Below are positions 39,066 to 52,532 of a DNA stretch of 64,000 nucleotides, piece by piece; the stretch's first letter is position 1, and every line of letters starts with the position of its first letter. Made by a program: the position numbers and the translations under genes. The notes under the pieces were generated by a model, which made no database searches, had not been told where the DNA came from, and was given only the letters and a program-made list of their open reading frames with translations. Origin of the DNA: Trichosphaerium sp. ATCC 40318 (Eukaryota; Protista; Tubulinea); contig JALMLS010000612.1 of NCBI GenBank assembly GCA_038496445.1, forward strand, positions 434,001 through 498,000, given 5' to 3'.

Positions 39066-42000
39066 TTAATCCAATGCAGTCTTGGCTGTTGGATTTGCAT
39101 CCTATTTAAAAAAGTTAGCATGTGATTGCTCAGACGCAACGTCTAGAAAAAAGTTGTACCGTATTTAGTGGAATTGGTTTTTTTGGACTTTTATTGCTTC
39201 TCCTCAGTCCTGTTTTTTTCCTTGGTGATCTCTTCTTACCTGACGATGAAACTAGATTTCTTTTTCTCATACTTGGAGAAGTAGCTGATTTCTTTGTACG
39301 AGCAGGAGATCGCAATTTTTTGGGGGAGCTCGCTTTTTTAATGTTTCTGTAACAAGCTTGTGTTTAGCCTTTGATCAATAACAAAATACGTACCTAGGAG
39401 ATCCTGGGGATCTTGTAATACCCTTCTTAACTCTAGGACTAGTACTACTAGCACCAACGCGCCGTACAGCTCGCTTTGGACTTTTTTTGACAACTGCCCT
39501 TTTTTTCAAGCCAGCTCTTTTTGGGCGAATAACACGGGTGCCATTCGATGAGCGCAATACTCGTTTTGGTGATGTTACCTTTGCTGGAGCTTTCCGTTTA
39601 CCAGCGGACACTCGAGTAACTCTCTTCACAGGACGTCTTACGACCTTCTTAGGACTTGAACTAGTTGTGCCACCTGAGGTTCTGATTGCTCGTTTTGGAC
39701 TCTTTGTTGGGGTCTTCTTTGGACTTCTTTTAACCCTCCTGGTAGTTCCTGTTGTAGCCTTCTTAGGACTTCTTATCCTACGTTTTACAGCAGCTGAAGT
39801 AGCTCCTTTAGCAACACGTTTCGGTCTGACAACTTTTTTTGGTGATCGCTTGATTGTTCTTTTAATAGGTTTTCGTTTGACTGGACTTCGAGATACTTTT
39901 GGTTTAACACCAGATGGAGACCCAACAATTCGTTTAGGACTACGTTTAACACGTGTTGGAGATCCTGAAACACGTTTTGGGGAACGGACTTTTGCAGTAC
40001 GTCCAACTGATGGTCGTACAGGAGATCTTTTTGGTCTTCCAGAAGGGCTTTTAACGCCTCTCTTCACGACTCGACCTTTAGGACTAACAGAAAGTTAAAG
40101 ATGGGTATACCAAGGCTAACGTACGCAGGTGTTCTTCGCTTTGTAATAGCCTTCTTTGGACCCTTTGGTGGACCTCTTTTAATCCTAATTTAGTTAGGGT
40201 TTCAATTCTATTCATTAATTTTTTGAGGTACTTACGATGCTCTCTTTAGTCTACTCTTTGGTAGTACTTTCCTGGCTACTTTAGGAGGACCCTTCTTTAT
40301 TTTCTTAGGCCCAGCAGCTATCACTTGCTTAGGTTCGTCTTTTGGCTTCTCTGGTTCTTCATCAGAAACAGGTTCGTCTTCTTTAGGTTTCTCTGGTTCT
40401 TCAGATACAGCTTGCTCTGGTTCGATTGGCTTCTCTGGTTCTTCTACAGCCACAGGTTCGTCTTCTTTAGGTTCCTCTGGTTCATCGGTAGGTTTTTCTT
40501 GCTTCTCAGCTATAACTGGCACTGGATCTTCCTCGACCACTGGCGTATCTTCTTTAGGGTTCTCTGGTTCTTTATCAGCAACAGGTTCGTCTTCTTTAGG
40601 TTTCTCTGGTTCTTCAGACACAGCTTGCTCAGGTTCGACTGGCTTCTCTGGCTCTTCGTCTTCTGGTGTGTTTTGTATGGGGCTTTGTTCCTCTTTATCA
40701 GGAATGTTTTCGGTCGCATCTTCATCCTTTGCAGGTTCTGTTTGCCCTTCACCAACATTTTCTTTTGTTGGTTCTTCTGTAGATATCTTTTCAGGAGATT
40801 GCGTATCTTGAGATATTGGGTCAACGTCATCTTTGTCTGTAGCTATACAGAGAGATTAGAAAAAACCAAACAGAACAAAACGCGGAGTAACCCGCTCTGT
40901 GACAACTTACCATTGTCTTCTTCTTGCACAGGTTCTGGTGTTTCTGCTGTGTTATTTTGTGACGCTAATTCAGCAGGATCATCACCATCATCATACTTTT
41001 GAAGCTCAACTTCATTCTCATTCTCATTTTCTTCTGGAATGAGAATAGTCTCTGATGCACCTTCTTTAATTACTTCAACAGCAATTCCAGTTTCATCTTC
41101 ATCCTACACAACTGGTTAATTCCCTTCTTTGAACATAGAGTAGTATCAAATATCCTTACTTCAGAAGACAGTGAAAGTACACCTGCATCAAGCTTATCGA
41201 AACTCAAGTCCATGTTATCAGGAGTTTTATTTATCAAGTCATCTGAATCTAGTTCTGTGTAAAACAAAAAGTTAGTTTGGTTTCTTGACAAGGGTTTTTG
41301 TTTACCTATGATGTCATCTTTGATAGTATCACCAACTTTGTCAAGTTCTTCCTGAAGTTTGGTATTTACTGGCTCAGGCTCTGGCTCTGGTTCGGTTGTA
41401 TTTTGTGAAGTTTCGACTTGTTCAGGGTCATCACTCTCTGCTAGAAAGTCGTCATCTGCGTTAATAATGTCGTCCAGCTTAGCAGCGTCAGCTTCAGATA
41501 CTTCCGCTGGAGTACTAGTGGAAGTATTTGTAAGTTCAGCGTCTTGTTTATCGTCAACGATGATTTCTTCAGTCGTTTGAAGTGTTTCAGCATCTGGTAC
41601 ATCCTTGTCAGCATCATCGCTTGACTGAATTTGCTCGTTATCTGGATTGGCACTAGATTCTGGTTCTTGGTTTCCCGTTTCTTCAGGTGTAACAGGTATT
41701 TCCTCTTTAGGCTCAGCGTCATTGTTCAATATTTCTTCTTGCTTTGCAGGCAATATTACTTCCCGAACATGATGGCCACGGGCCAACTTTTGAAGGAGAA
41801 CAGTGCTCCTAAGTATCATAAACAAATGTGCAACGAGCGTGAACACGTGAAAAAGTACGAACTTACTCTTGTTTCTTTTCTTCGTGATCTTTACGCAATA
41901 CTTCCAAGTTTTCACTAGCGACAGTAGCACGTACACAAGACTGTATTAAAACAGCACTCTCCTAAAGCATAATTGTCAGACAACTAAACTGTACTTTCTT

Positions 42001-43848
42001 TTGTTTTGTGGTTTGCCCAAAACTTAAACAATTGCTTGCTGTTGGCTCTAGCGCTATTGTCACAACATACCTCCTTTTCATCGCGTTCTTTTCTGTATTG
42101 TTCAAGGAGTCCCTTCTTTCTTGTAAGATACCCACGTGTTACTCTTTGCAAATTGCATACAGCCTGCTCCTTTGTTTCTTTCTCATTTCTGAGTTCGTCA
42201 ATTGGGTTTTGTTTCCTTACTAACGAGCCACGAACACGTGCTTGAATCTTTGTAATTGAATCAACACGTTTTAAATGGGTTTTCTTCAAAGTCCCTAGAA
42301 TATCCTCTTTTCTAGTCAAGAACCCACGGATATGAGCTTGAATCTTCATTGCACTCTTTAATTGATCTGCTGACTGTTGTAACTCCTTCTCGCGAGCAGC
42401 TTTAAGCTCTTCAAGGGTACCTTTAGACCTTACAAGATGACCACGTGCAACTGCTTGTATCTTCTTTGCACTGTTAACCTTGACTTCGCGTTCTTTTTTC
42501 AAGTCTTCCAAGACATTTTCTTTTCGAGCCAAAAATCCACGTGCACGCGCTTGTAGCTTTGTAACACTCTTCTCACGTTTAAGTTGATGTTCCTTCTTCA
42601 GTGCACCAAGTTCATCTTGCTTACGCACAAGGTAACCTCTAGCTACAGCTTGAACTTTTTTTGCGCTTTCAGTTCTTTTGATAACAGCACTCTCATCTAC
42701 TTCTTGAGTTTCAGCTGTATCTTCGTTTGAACCGTCAGTTTCGACCTTTTCTGTTGGCTCGTCTTTAACTCCTTCAGTTGCATCTTCAGGGATTGCAACG
42801 GGTTCTGTTTCCTCCGCACTGACTTCCACTTGTTTGTCTTCAACTTGCTCGGGTACTGTTGATTGATCTTCAGAACCGTCTTGATCGGGTTTTTCTTCTA
42901 CAGGTTTATCCTTGTCGCCTTCAGTAGTTTCAAAGTTATCAAGCACAATGTCTAGGTCTTCAACAACTGTTTCTTCAGTTGTGTCGACAACGACAACGTC
43001 AGGAACACTAGCAATTGGTTCTTCAGTGTCATCAACAATTTCTTCACCTTCCTCGGATATGGCAACCTCTTCTTCATTGTCACCTGGTAGCAAGTCACTG
43101 ACCTTCTCACATTCTACTGCTTTCTCAGGTTCAGCAATATCTTCCATAACAACTTCCTCCTCATACTCATACTCAAACTCTTCTTGGCTAAGATCAGTGT
43201 ACTCTTCCTGATACTCTCCGTTTCCTTCTTCTTGATACTCTTCACCATTTTCGTCAACGTAGGTGTATGTGTACTCGTCTATTTACAAGATAAATAAGCA
43301 AGAGATGACAAACGGGTTTTTTTTTCAAAATATTCTAATACCATCACCTGTGTCTCCTTCTCCGGTAACTTCCTCGTACACATATTCAACTTGTTCGTCA
43401 CCCTCTACGCCTTCTTCACCTTCTACTTCTTCGTATACATACTCAACATCTCCTTCACCTTCTTCACCTTCTACTTCCTCGTATACATACTCTACGTCTC
43501 CGTCTTCTTCTTCTTGAATTTCATAGTTTTCTTCTTGACCTCCTTCGTAAACATACTCTTCTCCGCCTTGATTAAAATTGAGTACTGTCACATGAAGGCT
43601 AATTGATTAAACAAATCGAAATTTAGCTCACCTTCTTCATACTCTTCGACTTCGTAATCTCCTTCGTCGACTACATACTCATACTCTTCGTCTCCTTCGA
43701 CGTACTCTACTTCCTCATACTCTTCACCGAGACCATCACCTTCAATGACGTCCTCTAAAACGTCTTGGTCCTCCATTAATTCTGGTTGTTCGTTCGAATC
43801 GTCCATTGAGTAATTATCTGCTGGTAAATCAACCCCAGCCTCGTCACC
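39066..43848 (-). CDS. Large low-complexity protein: acidic EY-rich N-terminus, 7 IQ motifs, EPEKPKEDEP repeats, basic SPKR/SPKK-rich tail; 5' exon unresolved
   Basis: Chain of minus-strand exons; IQ motifs such as KIQAVARGHLVRS and KIQAHIRGFLTRK. Confidence 0.75.
40330..40660 (-). repeat. Coding tandem repeat (EEPEKPKEDEPV-type units) within the IQ protein
   Basis: Repeated GGTTCGTCTTCTTTAGG and TTCTCTGGTTCTT blocks on the + strand. Confidence 0.8.
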
Positions 43849-44293
43849 TTTAAAATAGTTAACTAGTGATTGGTTTAATTTGTTTTTTTGCTCAAATGGC
43901 AATTTTTAACGAAGCGGTTTTTTGCCAGATATCGCAATTTGTTCTTTAAAAATAAGCTAATAAAATGATTTTCTTGAGATAATCATAAGTAAAAAACCAC
44001 GTGACGGGAAGGGTGAGAATGTTTTCTCGAAAAAAAATCCAACCGATTTTATAGCAGTTTAGTACACTGAAAACTCCATCCATGCGCATGGAGGGACATT
44101 AAACACTAAAGTAACTAATATTCGCTCAAACCACTATAAAAATTTAACCAAACGTACTCAGGAGTTTTTTTCTACAATAAAAACAAGTTTTTGTTTATAA
44201 CGTGTTCACCAACTTCAAAGTAAGACCAAAATGGATGACTTCACACAATACTTATAATACTCTTAAGTCACAAATTGTACCTCACTACTACAC

Positions 44294-45238
44294 TAGTAGC
44301 TGTCACACAGCAGAAACTCACGAAGAATTGGCACTACTTTACACAAAAATTGTAATTTTGAACACGTACCATAAATCTCACTAGGAAGTGGAATAGTTGG
44401 CTGTTTTGCATCTAAAAAAATACCGATAAGAATATACTACGAAATAATTGAGTAACCTTGTGAGTAATGAAAGTTATCATCGTCGATATCAGGTGAAATA
44501 ACTTGTAGGGTGCCGTCAGGTTGAAGCTCAAGTCGCTTGCCAATAGCAGGCGAAAGTAAACCATCAACATTTTCTCTAGCCATCTCTCTGTCTTTCTCTT
44601 CCTTCTGTCTAGCGATCCTTACACGATCAAGTTCATCATCATCTACTATTGCAAAAGGAAGTAGCATATCAAGGAATGATCGACTTCGTTTTAGTTTCGA
44701 TTTAGGTTTTTTTAAACCTCCACCAGAATTGTCTTTTGTTTCCATGTTTTCAGCCTTGACTTGATCTATTGCTGGCTCTATTTCTTCTGAAGAATTGAAT
44801 AACTTTCCGAGAAACGAGTTTCTACGTTTTAGCTTTGGTTTTGATGGTGCAGACAAGCTATTTTGGGTTTTTTCTTTATCTTTTTCTTGATTTAATTTTA
44901 TCATGTCGCTATCACTTACTACTTCAATAGGTAGTAACTTATCAATAAATGAGCTACGCCGTTTGAATGGTTTTGTTTCAGACTGAAATTGTGCAAGATT
45001 ACGCTGTACTCGTATGTGTTCGGCCTCAGCTTCGCCTATGACCTCTATTGGGATAACTTTATCCAAAAACGCGTCTAATTTATCACGTGTAGACTTTTTT
45101 GGTTCCTTTTTACCTAGTACGCTGTTAGCGCTCTCTACTTGTATTGTCGTTCATAGTATTACCTTCTGCGGCAATTGGGTCTCCAAAAGCGTCAACACCT
45201 CCACCATCTGGATTATCTTTTGACACTTCATTACCCAT
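44294..45238 (-). CDS. Predicted N-myristoylated protein with repeated KRRxSF.D.LLP motifs; 3' end approximate
   Basis: Starts MGNEVS; internal KRRSSFIDKLLPIEVV, KRRNSFLGKLF, KRSRSFLDMLLPFAIV. Confidence 0.6.
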
Positions 45239-45546
45239 GAACTATATTCATTCAGTACGAGCAACGATAAGGAAATTACTGAAAATTACAACGTGAAATA
45301 TGCTACAACAATTCAACGCATACGTACCGCCGCCTTTGTTTAAATTAACTTGACGTAGCAGGTGTGTTTATCTTTCTGAAACGTATACTAAGTTTTTGAC
45401 GGCAAAAACTAAATGCCACGTGCTGCCAATGAAAAAGTTTACATTGACAGAATATTTTTAACAACAAGGTAAATCGCGATTAACAAACAAGGACTTTATT
45501 AGGTAAAGCGTTTCTGTCACTTAGGACAATTTAGGGAAAAAAAAAA

Positions 45547-46537
45547 TTATTTTTTGGCAGCAGCTTGGATATCCTTTGTGAGCTCTACATCAAATAAATT
45601 AGACAAGAACAAATGTACCCAAATCGTACCTGGACGGACACTCTTCTTCACAGTGACATTTGGATCAATGACAGGCTTAGACCTGTCTTTCATAAAGATA
45701 CCTGCGTGCTGCAAGTCTGTGCCTTGTGCGATTTCACCTTTGAGAGCTTCTCTGTTGTTCTGTTTAACCTTGACATCCTCTGTAAAGGCACAACAATGAG
45801 CAAAATATCATTGATGCGTTAACGTACTATCGATGACAGGAGCAGAGCGATCAGCTGTTCTACCAGGAGACTTCAATTTATGGTCTCCTTCAATGTCTTT
45901 CATAAGAGGTTTGTTTTGCTCTGTTACATCTCTACGTAGCAGTTTAGTATTCACATCTAAAGAAGTGGACTATACGCACAACAAACCACTTCCAGTTTTA
46001 GCCATGAGTTCGTCGCTTAAAGCTTTTGGATCACGCTTCTCAATACGTACGTTTGGGTCGATAACTGGGTCTGAGCGATCCTTTTAAGCGTTATTGTTAA
46101 TAAAAAGTTGGTTTTCGCCCAAAAACAATTACCTGCATAAGAATACCGGCATGGTTTAGTTTTTTACCGGCTTCTACTTCGCTTGTGAATTCTGAACGGT
46201 CAATTTTTTTGACCTTTACATCCTCTAACCGGATCAGTTACTGATGCAAAAAAACTGCCAAAAAGTGTATTGTTTTCGGGCAACCGCAAAAGAATTCAGT
46301 CACCACGCGTATATCTATTCGTAGGAGTGCTGTTTGATTGATAGTGGAAATTTGAAAACGAAAGTTTGTCGAATAACTTTTTCAGGCCGTTTTGTAGAAT
46401 GAGAATAAAAGATACGCACTTTCAATAACAGGGGCGGACTTATCAGTAGTCTCAGTTTTCTTCAAAGCTGGCTTTTTACCACAGGCAATTGCAGCGGCAG
46501 TTTGGTCGTGAGCTTGGACAGATTCTTTTGTAGCCAT
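45547..46537 (-). CDS. Actobindin-like WH2/beta-thymosin repeat protein (about 4 repeats)
   Basis: LKKTETTDKSAPVIE, EDVKVKKIDRSEFTSEV, DRSDPVID, ADRSAPVI, EDVKVKQ, DRSKPVID, ending IQAAAKK*; matches remembered Acanthamoeba actobindin repeats. Confidence 0.8.
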
Positions 46538-46648
46538 TATTAGTGTAGACGTTGTCGTTTGTAGTATGAATTTAGACAAGAGGTTAAGTGTGACTTGTTG
46601 TGGCTCGACCTTAGCCTTTTTTGTGGTTGCAACACTAGTGTAAAAATC

Positions 46649-48965
46649 ATGGCAGCAAGCTTCTTTAGCGAACTAGACAAGCCTGAGCTACCTTGGTATC
46701 ATATATTGTTCATCTACATTGGTTGGTTGATCGTAATTATCGTTGGTAATGTAGAAGAGTTTTTTGACAACCTACTCAACAGAAAACACCCTATATACGA
46801 TATAGAAGTTAAACCAGTACGTATTTACTCGAGTTACTTACGCGCCCCAAAAAATCGAAATAAGATTTACAACATAGCCAAATAGCGATAATTAACAGTT
46901 TGACGCGAAAGCAGTTGCTTATTTCCTGTCTAGGAATACAGCCCACTTTTTAAGGAGTTTGAGTCGTTTTACACGCGCAAATGCTATGGTATTATCTCTG
47001 ACTGCTTTAACAGACCAGTAAAAGTACGCCCCAAACTGGTTTCCCCAAAATATCCCAACAAAGTGGAATTCTCGTTCGCACAGCGTTGTATACACTTATA
47101 TACCAATTTATCTATTCGGAGGATTTGTTGGAATCCTTTTCCGGTCATTTATTATCCAGCGTACTAACTTCACTAGGGTGCCCCAGGACCATGGATTCGC
47201 GTCCAAGAGCGTACAACGACTGATCGTTGCAAAACATTTACGTAAGTTACATTAATACCTTTTTATGGTTTTTTGACTCGTATCTTCGCAACTCACGCTT
47301 TGTAGCTATGGAAAGGATAAATCGTGCCTCAATATGGGTTCTTACAACTACCTTGGCTTTGGTGGACCAACTAACCTCACACCTGAAGTAAAAGAAACAG
47401 TAAAAAAATACGGTATTGGAAGTGGTAGCAACCGTCTCGCCACAGGAACCAATCCATACCATATTGCTTTGGAAAAGGGTATGGCTTCTTTCTTAGGTAA
47501 AGAGTCATGCATGGTATTCGGTATGGGCTATGCAACCAATTCCACAACCCTTCCAGCACTTGTTTCTAAGGTAATTTTTTTTTCAATTGTTAACAATCGC
47601 TTTTTGTTAAAAACATCTGTTTGTAGGGTGATCTTGTCCTCAGTGACATGCTTAACCATGCATCTACTGTAGTAGGTTGCAGATCATCTGGTGCTAAAGT
47701 CAAAGTGTTCAAGCACAATGGTAAAAACAAGCAATTTGTAGTTTTTTAGAAACTTATTTGTTTTTCAGACAAGCACGATCTCGAGCGCATAATAAGAGAG
47801 TCCATTATTAATGGTCAACCGCGCACTCACCGTCCATGGGGTAAAATTGTTATTGTAGTGGAAGGTATCTACAGTATGGAGGGAGAAACATGCATTTTAC
47901 CTGATATTGTCAGGCTAAAGAAAAAGTACAACGTAAGTGCAATAAGTACCGACATTAGGAAAACAAAAGATTGCTTCAAAAAACTTTATTACTAAAAACT
48001 GTTCTGACGCTATAATAGTGTTATTTGTACGTCGACGAGGCTCATTCAGTCGGTGCTTTGGGAAAATCAGGCCGTGGTGTATGTGATCACTTCGGAGTCG
48101 ACCCAGCTGATGTAGATATTCTTATGGGCACTTTCACAAAATCTTTCGCGTCTGTTGGTGGTATGTACAGAGTTACCAGCGAAAAAAAAAAGAAGCCGAT
48201 TTTTGAAGTTCATAGTTTTCTTTTTGCTTTCAAACTGCTTGTACTTACGTTTATATTCTTTTAAGGCTACATTGCATCCGATAAGAACGTAATTGATCAC
48301 TTAAAGAACAAATCGTTTTCCCACATTTACGAGGCGTCAATGCCAGCAGCTTGCACACATCAATCTGTGCTTGCTCTTTCTGTACTTCGTGATGAAAGTA
48401 CTGGAGAAGGAAAGAAAAAAATTCACGCTTTACGTGACAATTGCAACTTTTTCAGAAATGCGCTCATTGACCGAGGATTCCAAGTTGTACGTAAATTATA
48501 GATTATTCATATTATGAAACATATTTGATTTTATTTTTGCTGTTGCTAAAATACCTTTAGTATGGTTCTGAGGACTCTCCAGTTATTCCAATGATGCTCT
48601 ACCATCCCGCTAAAATCAGTTTATTCTCAAGAGAGTGCTTGAAGCGAAACGTAAGTACTTCTTGCTCAATAGGAAATTTTTCTGTTTTCTTCTTTTTTTT
48701 TGCCCAATTTTTCTTGTTTGAGGCCTTTCACTTTTGTTGTGTTTTTACGTAATAACGCATTTTATAGTTGGCAGTTGTCGTTGTAGGTTTTCCTGCTACA
48801 CCACTATTAATGTCACGCGTTCGATTCTGCCTATCAGCAGCACACTCCCGTGAAGACTTGGAATGGGCTATTAAAGAGATTGATGAGATTGGTGATATGC
48901 TCATGCTCAAATACGATAAGGGCAAGCCAAAGGCAATAGAACAAACGAGCAGTAAATTCATGTAG
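46649..48965 (+). CDS. SPTLC2: Serine palmitoyltransferase subunit 2 (LCB2)
   Basis: [48 protein letters not shown] (PLP Lys), [10 protein letters not shown]. Confidence 0.95.
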
Positions 48966-49406
48966 ATTACACTTGTTGAAAAACATAAAAACTAAAAATT
49001 ATACGCTAGTTGTTTTTGCACTGTGAAGTACTTAGCAATAAACAATGGGCAGTCCTCCCCCATTAAGCTACAAAAATTGTTTGGTGAGAACACAGTTTGG
49101 TGGTTCTGTTAGAGTTTAGGAGTACAACGCAACAGTAAGCGGATATCAAAGGTTGTAAACAAATCCTATTTTGGGCTGTTTGTAAAACAACGTTTTTGAT
49201 ATCCTACACGTGATTACCATAATCTATAAAAACGATACAAAGTACGTACTGGTTTAGTACAGACCCGATACGCCACACCAATTAGCTAACTCAAACGTTT
49301 CACTGATTTACAGTTGGTAAACTTTTGCAGTCTAAGTGATGTACGTTTAAGCCCTTAAGTCAAAATACAGTTCCTCCAACCGTTTAAAAGCACCTCCACT
49401 CTGCAA

Positions 49407-50361
49407 ATGGCAAACCAACCACCTAAACTATCCCCAACCCAGTTTCAGATCAATGAATACACAATAGACGTCAAGAAGGCCCAAGATGCCATTACAATTA
49501 CCGCGTTAGAACCTCAGTACGATTTTTTAGTAATAATATCAATTGTATCACCCTAACATTCGCACCCAGTACCTGCAAACAATTTACAAATACATACGAC
49601 GAAAAGGCATTAGTGACCGCAACTTCGCACATGGTAACCTCAGCTAGCGACCTTCAAGCATTTTTCAAAACTGCACTCTACCAGCAAGATACCGCCGTAT
49701 CTGTAACAGTTCGTGAATCTGTACGCAGTTTCTTTTATGTCCAAATCAAAATTTTAAAGTCTCACGTGAGACCAACTTACTTACGTCACAAAAGGAAAAC
49801 GTAGAGGGTTTGGACATTGTATTCAAGACGAAAGTTGTTGTCGAGAGACAGTTCACGTTATCCTTATCGCCAATCAAAATCTCTCAGATTGATCGCTTGG
49901 AGATGATGGTATCAGGTTTATCACAACAAGTTACTACTCTCAGAGCTGAAAATGCTATGCTCAAAAGCCAGCAAAAAAAGCCTGTTGTTTTGAGCCTTGG
50001 TGCAGTCAAAGGGTTCACCGCTGATGCTAAGATGCAGTGGTCAAAGGAAATGATACCAATTGATACTAAGTACTTTAAATTGACCAACAACACTACAGTT
50101 ACTGTTGTTAAAGAAGGCACTTACACTATAAGTGCACAAATTCTCAACGTAACAGGACAACCTTTGTACTATTGCTTTGTAGTGAATGGTACTAAAGAAA
50201 CGTACATGTATGGGAGTGGAGGAGCATACCAAACTGTAAATGGTTCGCTTATCATGCACCTTTCGGCCAATTCTACTGTTGAAGTAAGACGTCACTGTAA
50301 CGGTAGTGTATATTCCAATACAAGTCACTTGCACGGTCAATTTACAATTCTCAAACTGTAG
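49407..50361 (+). CDS. Globular head + coiled coil + C1q/TNF-like beta-sandwich protein (copy 1)
   Basis: Spliced ORF; coiled coil LEMMVSGLSQQVTTLRAEN; TVTVVKEGTYTISAQI..HGQFTILKL. Confidence 0.65.
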
Positions 50362-51001
50362 AATAAAATATTTCACTTCTAGCTTTGGTATTTGTTTAAA
50401 AACACAAGGGAAAATGTAGTATTGATTAGCGCGTATGCTGTTTGCGCAAATGGATAGCTCTACTTCAAAAAACGAATTCTGTACTTTGAGACCTGAGTAG
50501 CACAACGCCTTCTTACAGGTTTTGCGATAAATTTTACCTAGAGCATAGTACTAACAAGAACTGCGGATTCTACGCATGCATTTATAATGAATCATCTGAC
50601 CAGATCCAAACAATGTTCATAAGGCCATAGAGCAATAGAGCTTATGCTTCAGCATCCATTGAAAAAAATCACGTGCGTTCTAGTCATTGATGCCCGCTTC
50701 TTGTTTCAATAGCCACCTACCATTCAGAACTACGATAACCCACAGGTGTAATTCACAAGTAACTTCAGCTAAAAGATATTCACGAACTTGGATTATTTTT
50801 TGGTGCTAACAATAAGCGGAATGCCATATACAAAGCAGCTACTTCGAGTATGCTAGCATACACGGTATTTTTTGAACTCGGGGTTCTTTTGATAGAAACT
50901 GTTTTTTCGCGAATTTCAACTACAGGTCGGGTAATCCGTTAGCTTAAGTAAAGCAATAATACTTCATTCTACAACCAAACCACTTCATCCACCTCGCATC
51001 C

Positions 51002-51912
51002 ATGGCCAAACAATCTCCTAAATCTTGTACCTATCAGATCAATAACTACTCAATAAGGGTCAAAGAGTCACAGGATCTCATTACAGTTTCTGCGACACGG
51101 ACTGAGTATGAGATTTAGTATTCAACATCTCGTTGCTAATTATTCTATGCTTTAGCGGTAAACAATTCAGAGCTACGTACGACGTGAAGGTACTCGCAAC
51201 TGCTACTTCACACGTTGTAGCTTCAGCCAGCGAGCTACAAATTTTCTTCAACAATGCATGTGACCCGAAAGACAATAATGTGTCCGTAACTCTGCGTGAG
51301 GTTGTACGTTAAGACAGAGTTTTACTAGAGATTAAACTTACACGGCTACAGGAACCTTGTGAGGGATTGAACATTGTATTCAAGGCAACAGTTGTTGTCG
51401 AGAGACAGTTTACGTTATCCTTATCTCCAATAATCTCTCATTCTGCTTTGGAGTCGACGGTGTCCGATTTATCCAAGCAGGTTGCTGAGCTGAAGGCCCA
51501 AGTTGCAGTGCTTAAAAAACGGCGATCCAAGCCCATTGCATTGAGTCTTGGTGCCAACACAGGGTTTAACGAGGATGGCGTGATGCAGTGGTCAAAGGAA
51601 ATGCTACCAATCGACAAGAAGTACTTTAAATTGACCGACAGCACTACAGTTACTGTTGTTAAAGAAGGCACTTACACTATAAGTGCACAGATTCTGAACG
51701 TATCAGGAGAGAGGCTATACTGTTGTTTTGTAGTGAACGGTACTAAAGAGACGTACATGTATGGAAGTGGTCCAGAATATCAAACTGTATCTGGCTCGTT
51801 ACTCATGCACCTTCCTGCCAACTCCACTGTTGAACTCCGTAGCTATGAAAAAAGTGCTGTGTATGAACGTACTACTAACTTGCATGGTCAATTTACAATT
51901 CTCAAACTGTAA
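51002..51912 (+). CDS. Tandem paralog of 49407-50361 (copy 2)
   Basis: Same exon layout and near-identical C-terminal domain. Confidence 0.65.
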
Positions 51913-52532
51913 CACGAATAAACAGTTGCGCTTTCTAGTTCCAATAGCTTTACAAACTACAATGTGGTTCTACAGGTAGCAAATACCGGTCCGTAAACGG
52001 TATGGTCAATACATATGTTAATGTCAAAATCATGTCTTGTGTAAGAAGGAGATTTCAAGAATTGCTTCGATAACAGCCAATTTAGTAAAGATAATTTCAG
52101 TTGGGTACAACGAGCCCTATTCTTTGTGAGAAGCCCCTTTTGTATGCTAAAAAGTAGTGCGTGAATAAACACATAGTTTTAGTCGAGTCATATGTGGATC
52201 TCAAGTAGGTGTACAAAAGACTGCTAACAAATTACGCGTAGGTTCTACAAGTGGCTTTGTTTAACCATAGATCGTGAATCCTTTGCAGACTTGTACTACT
52301 CAATAATGAAGGCAAGTTACTTATGGTGACAAGTCCAATTTCATATCCAAACTTCAAACAGTTTACAGATGGCTTTTTATTTAAACCATACATTTGACTG
52401 ATACGTTTAGTTGCCTTTTCATGACAATAACTGAGCTGGTTCGATGTCAATGAATTAAAAAAAAATTGTTCTCCCATGACTTGTTTGTCAGCTCTTTGGT
52501 GTTTAGGGGTGTTTTTCTATTGTTTGTGGTGT

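Noticed and set aside
39487-41002. Hydrophobic Phe/Leu/Trp-rich + strand ORFs (39487-40098, 40325-41002) resembling membrane proteins
   Set aside because: Antisense of Lys/Glu/Pro-rich low-complexity exons.
51957-52477. Possible small minus-strand gene (MGEQFFFNSL...)
   Set aside because: No recognisable domain or confident splice model.
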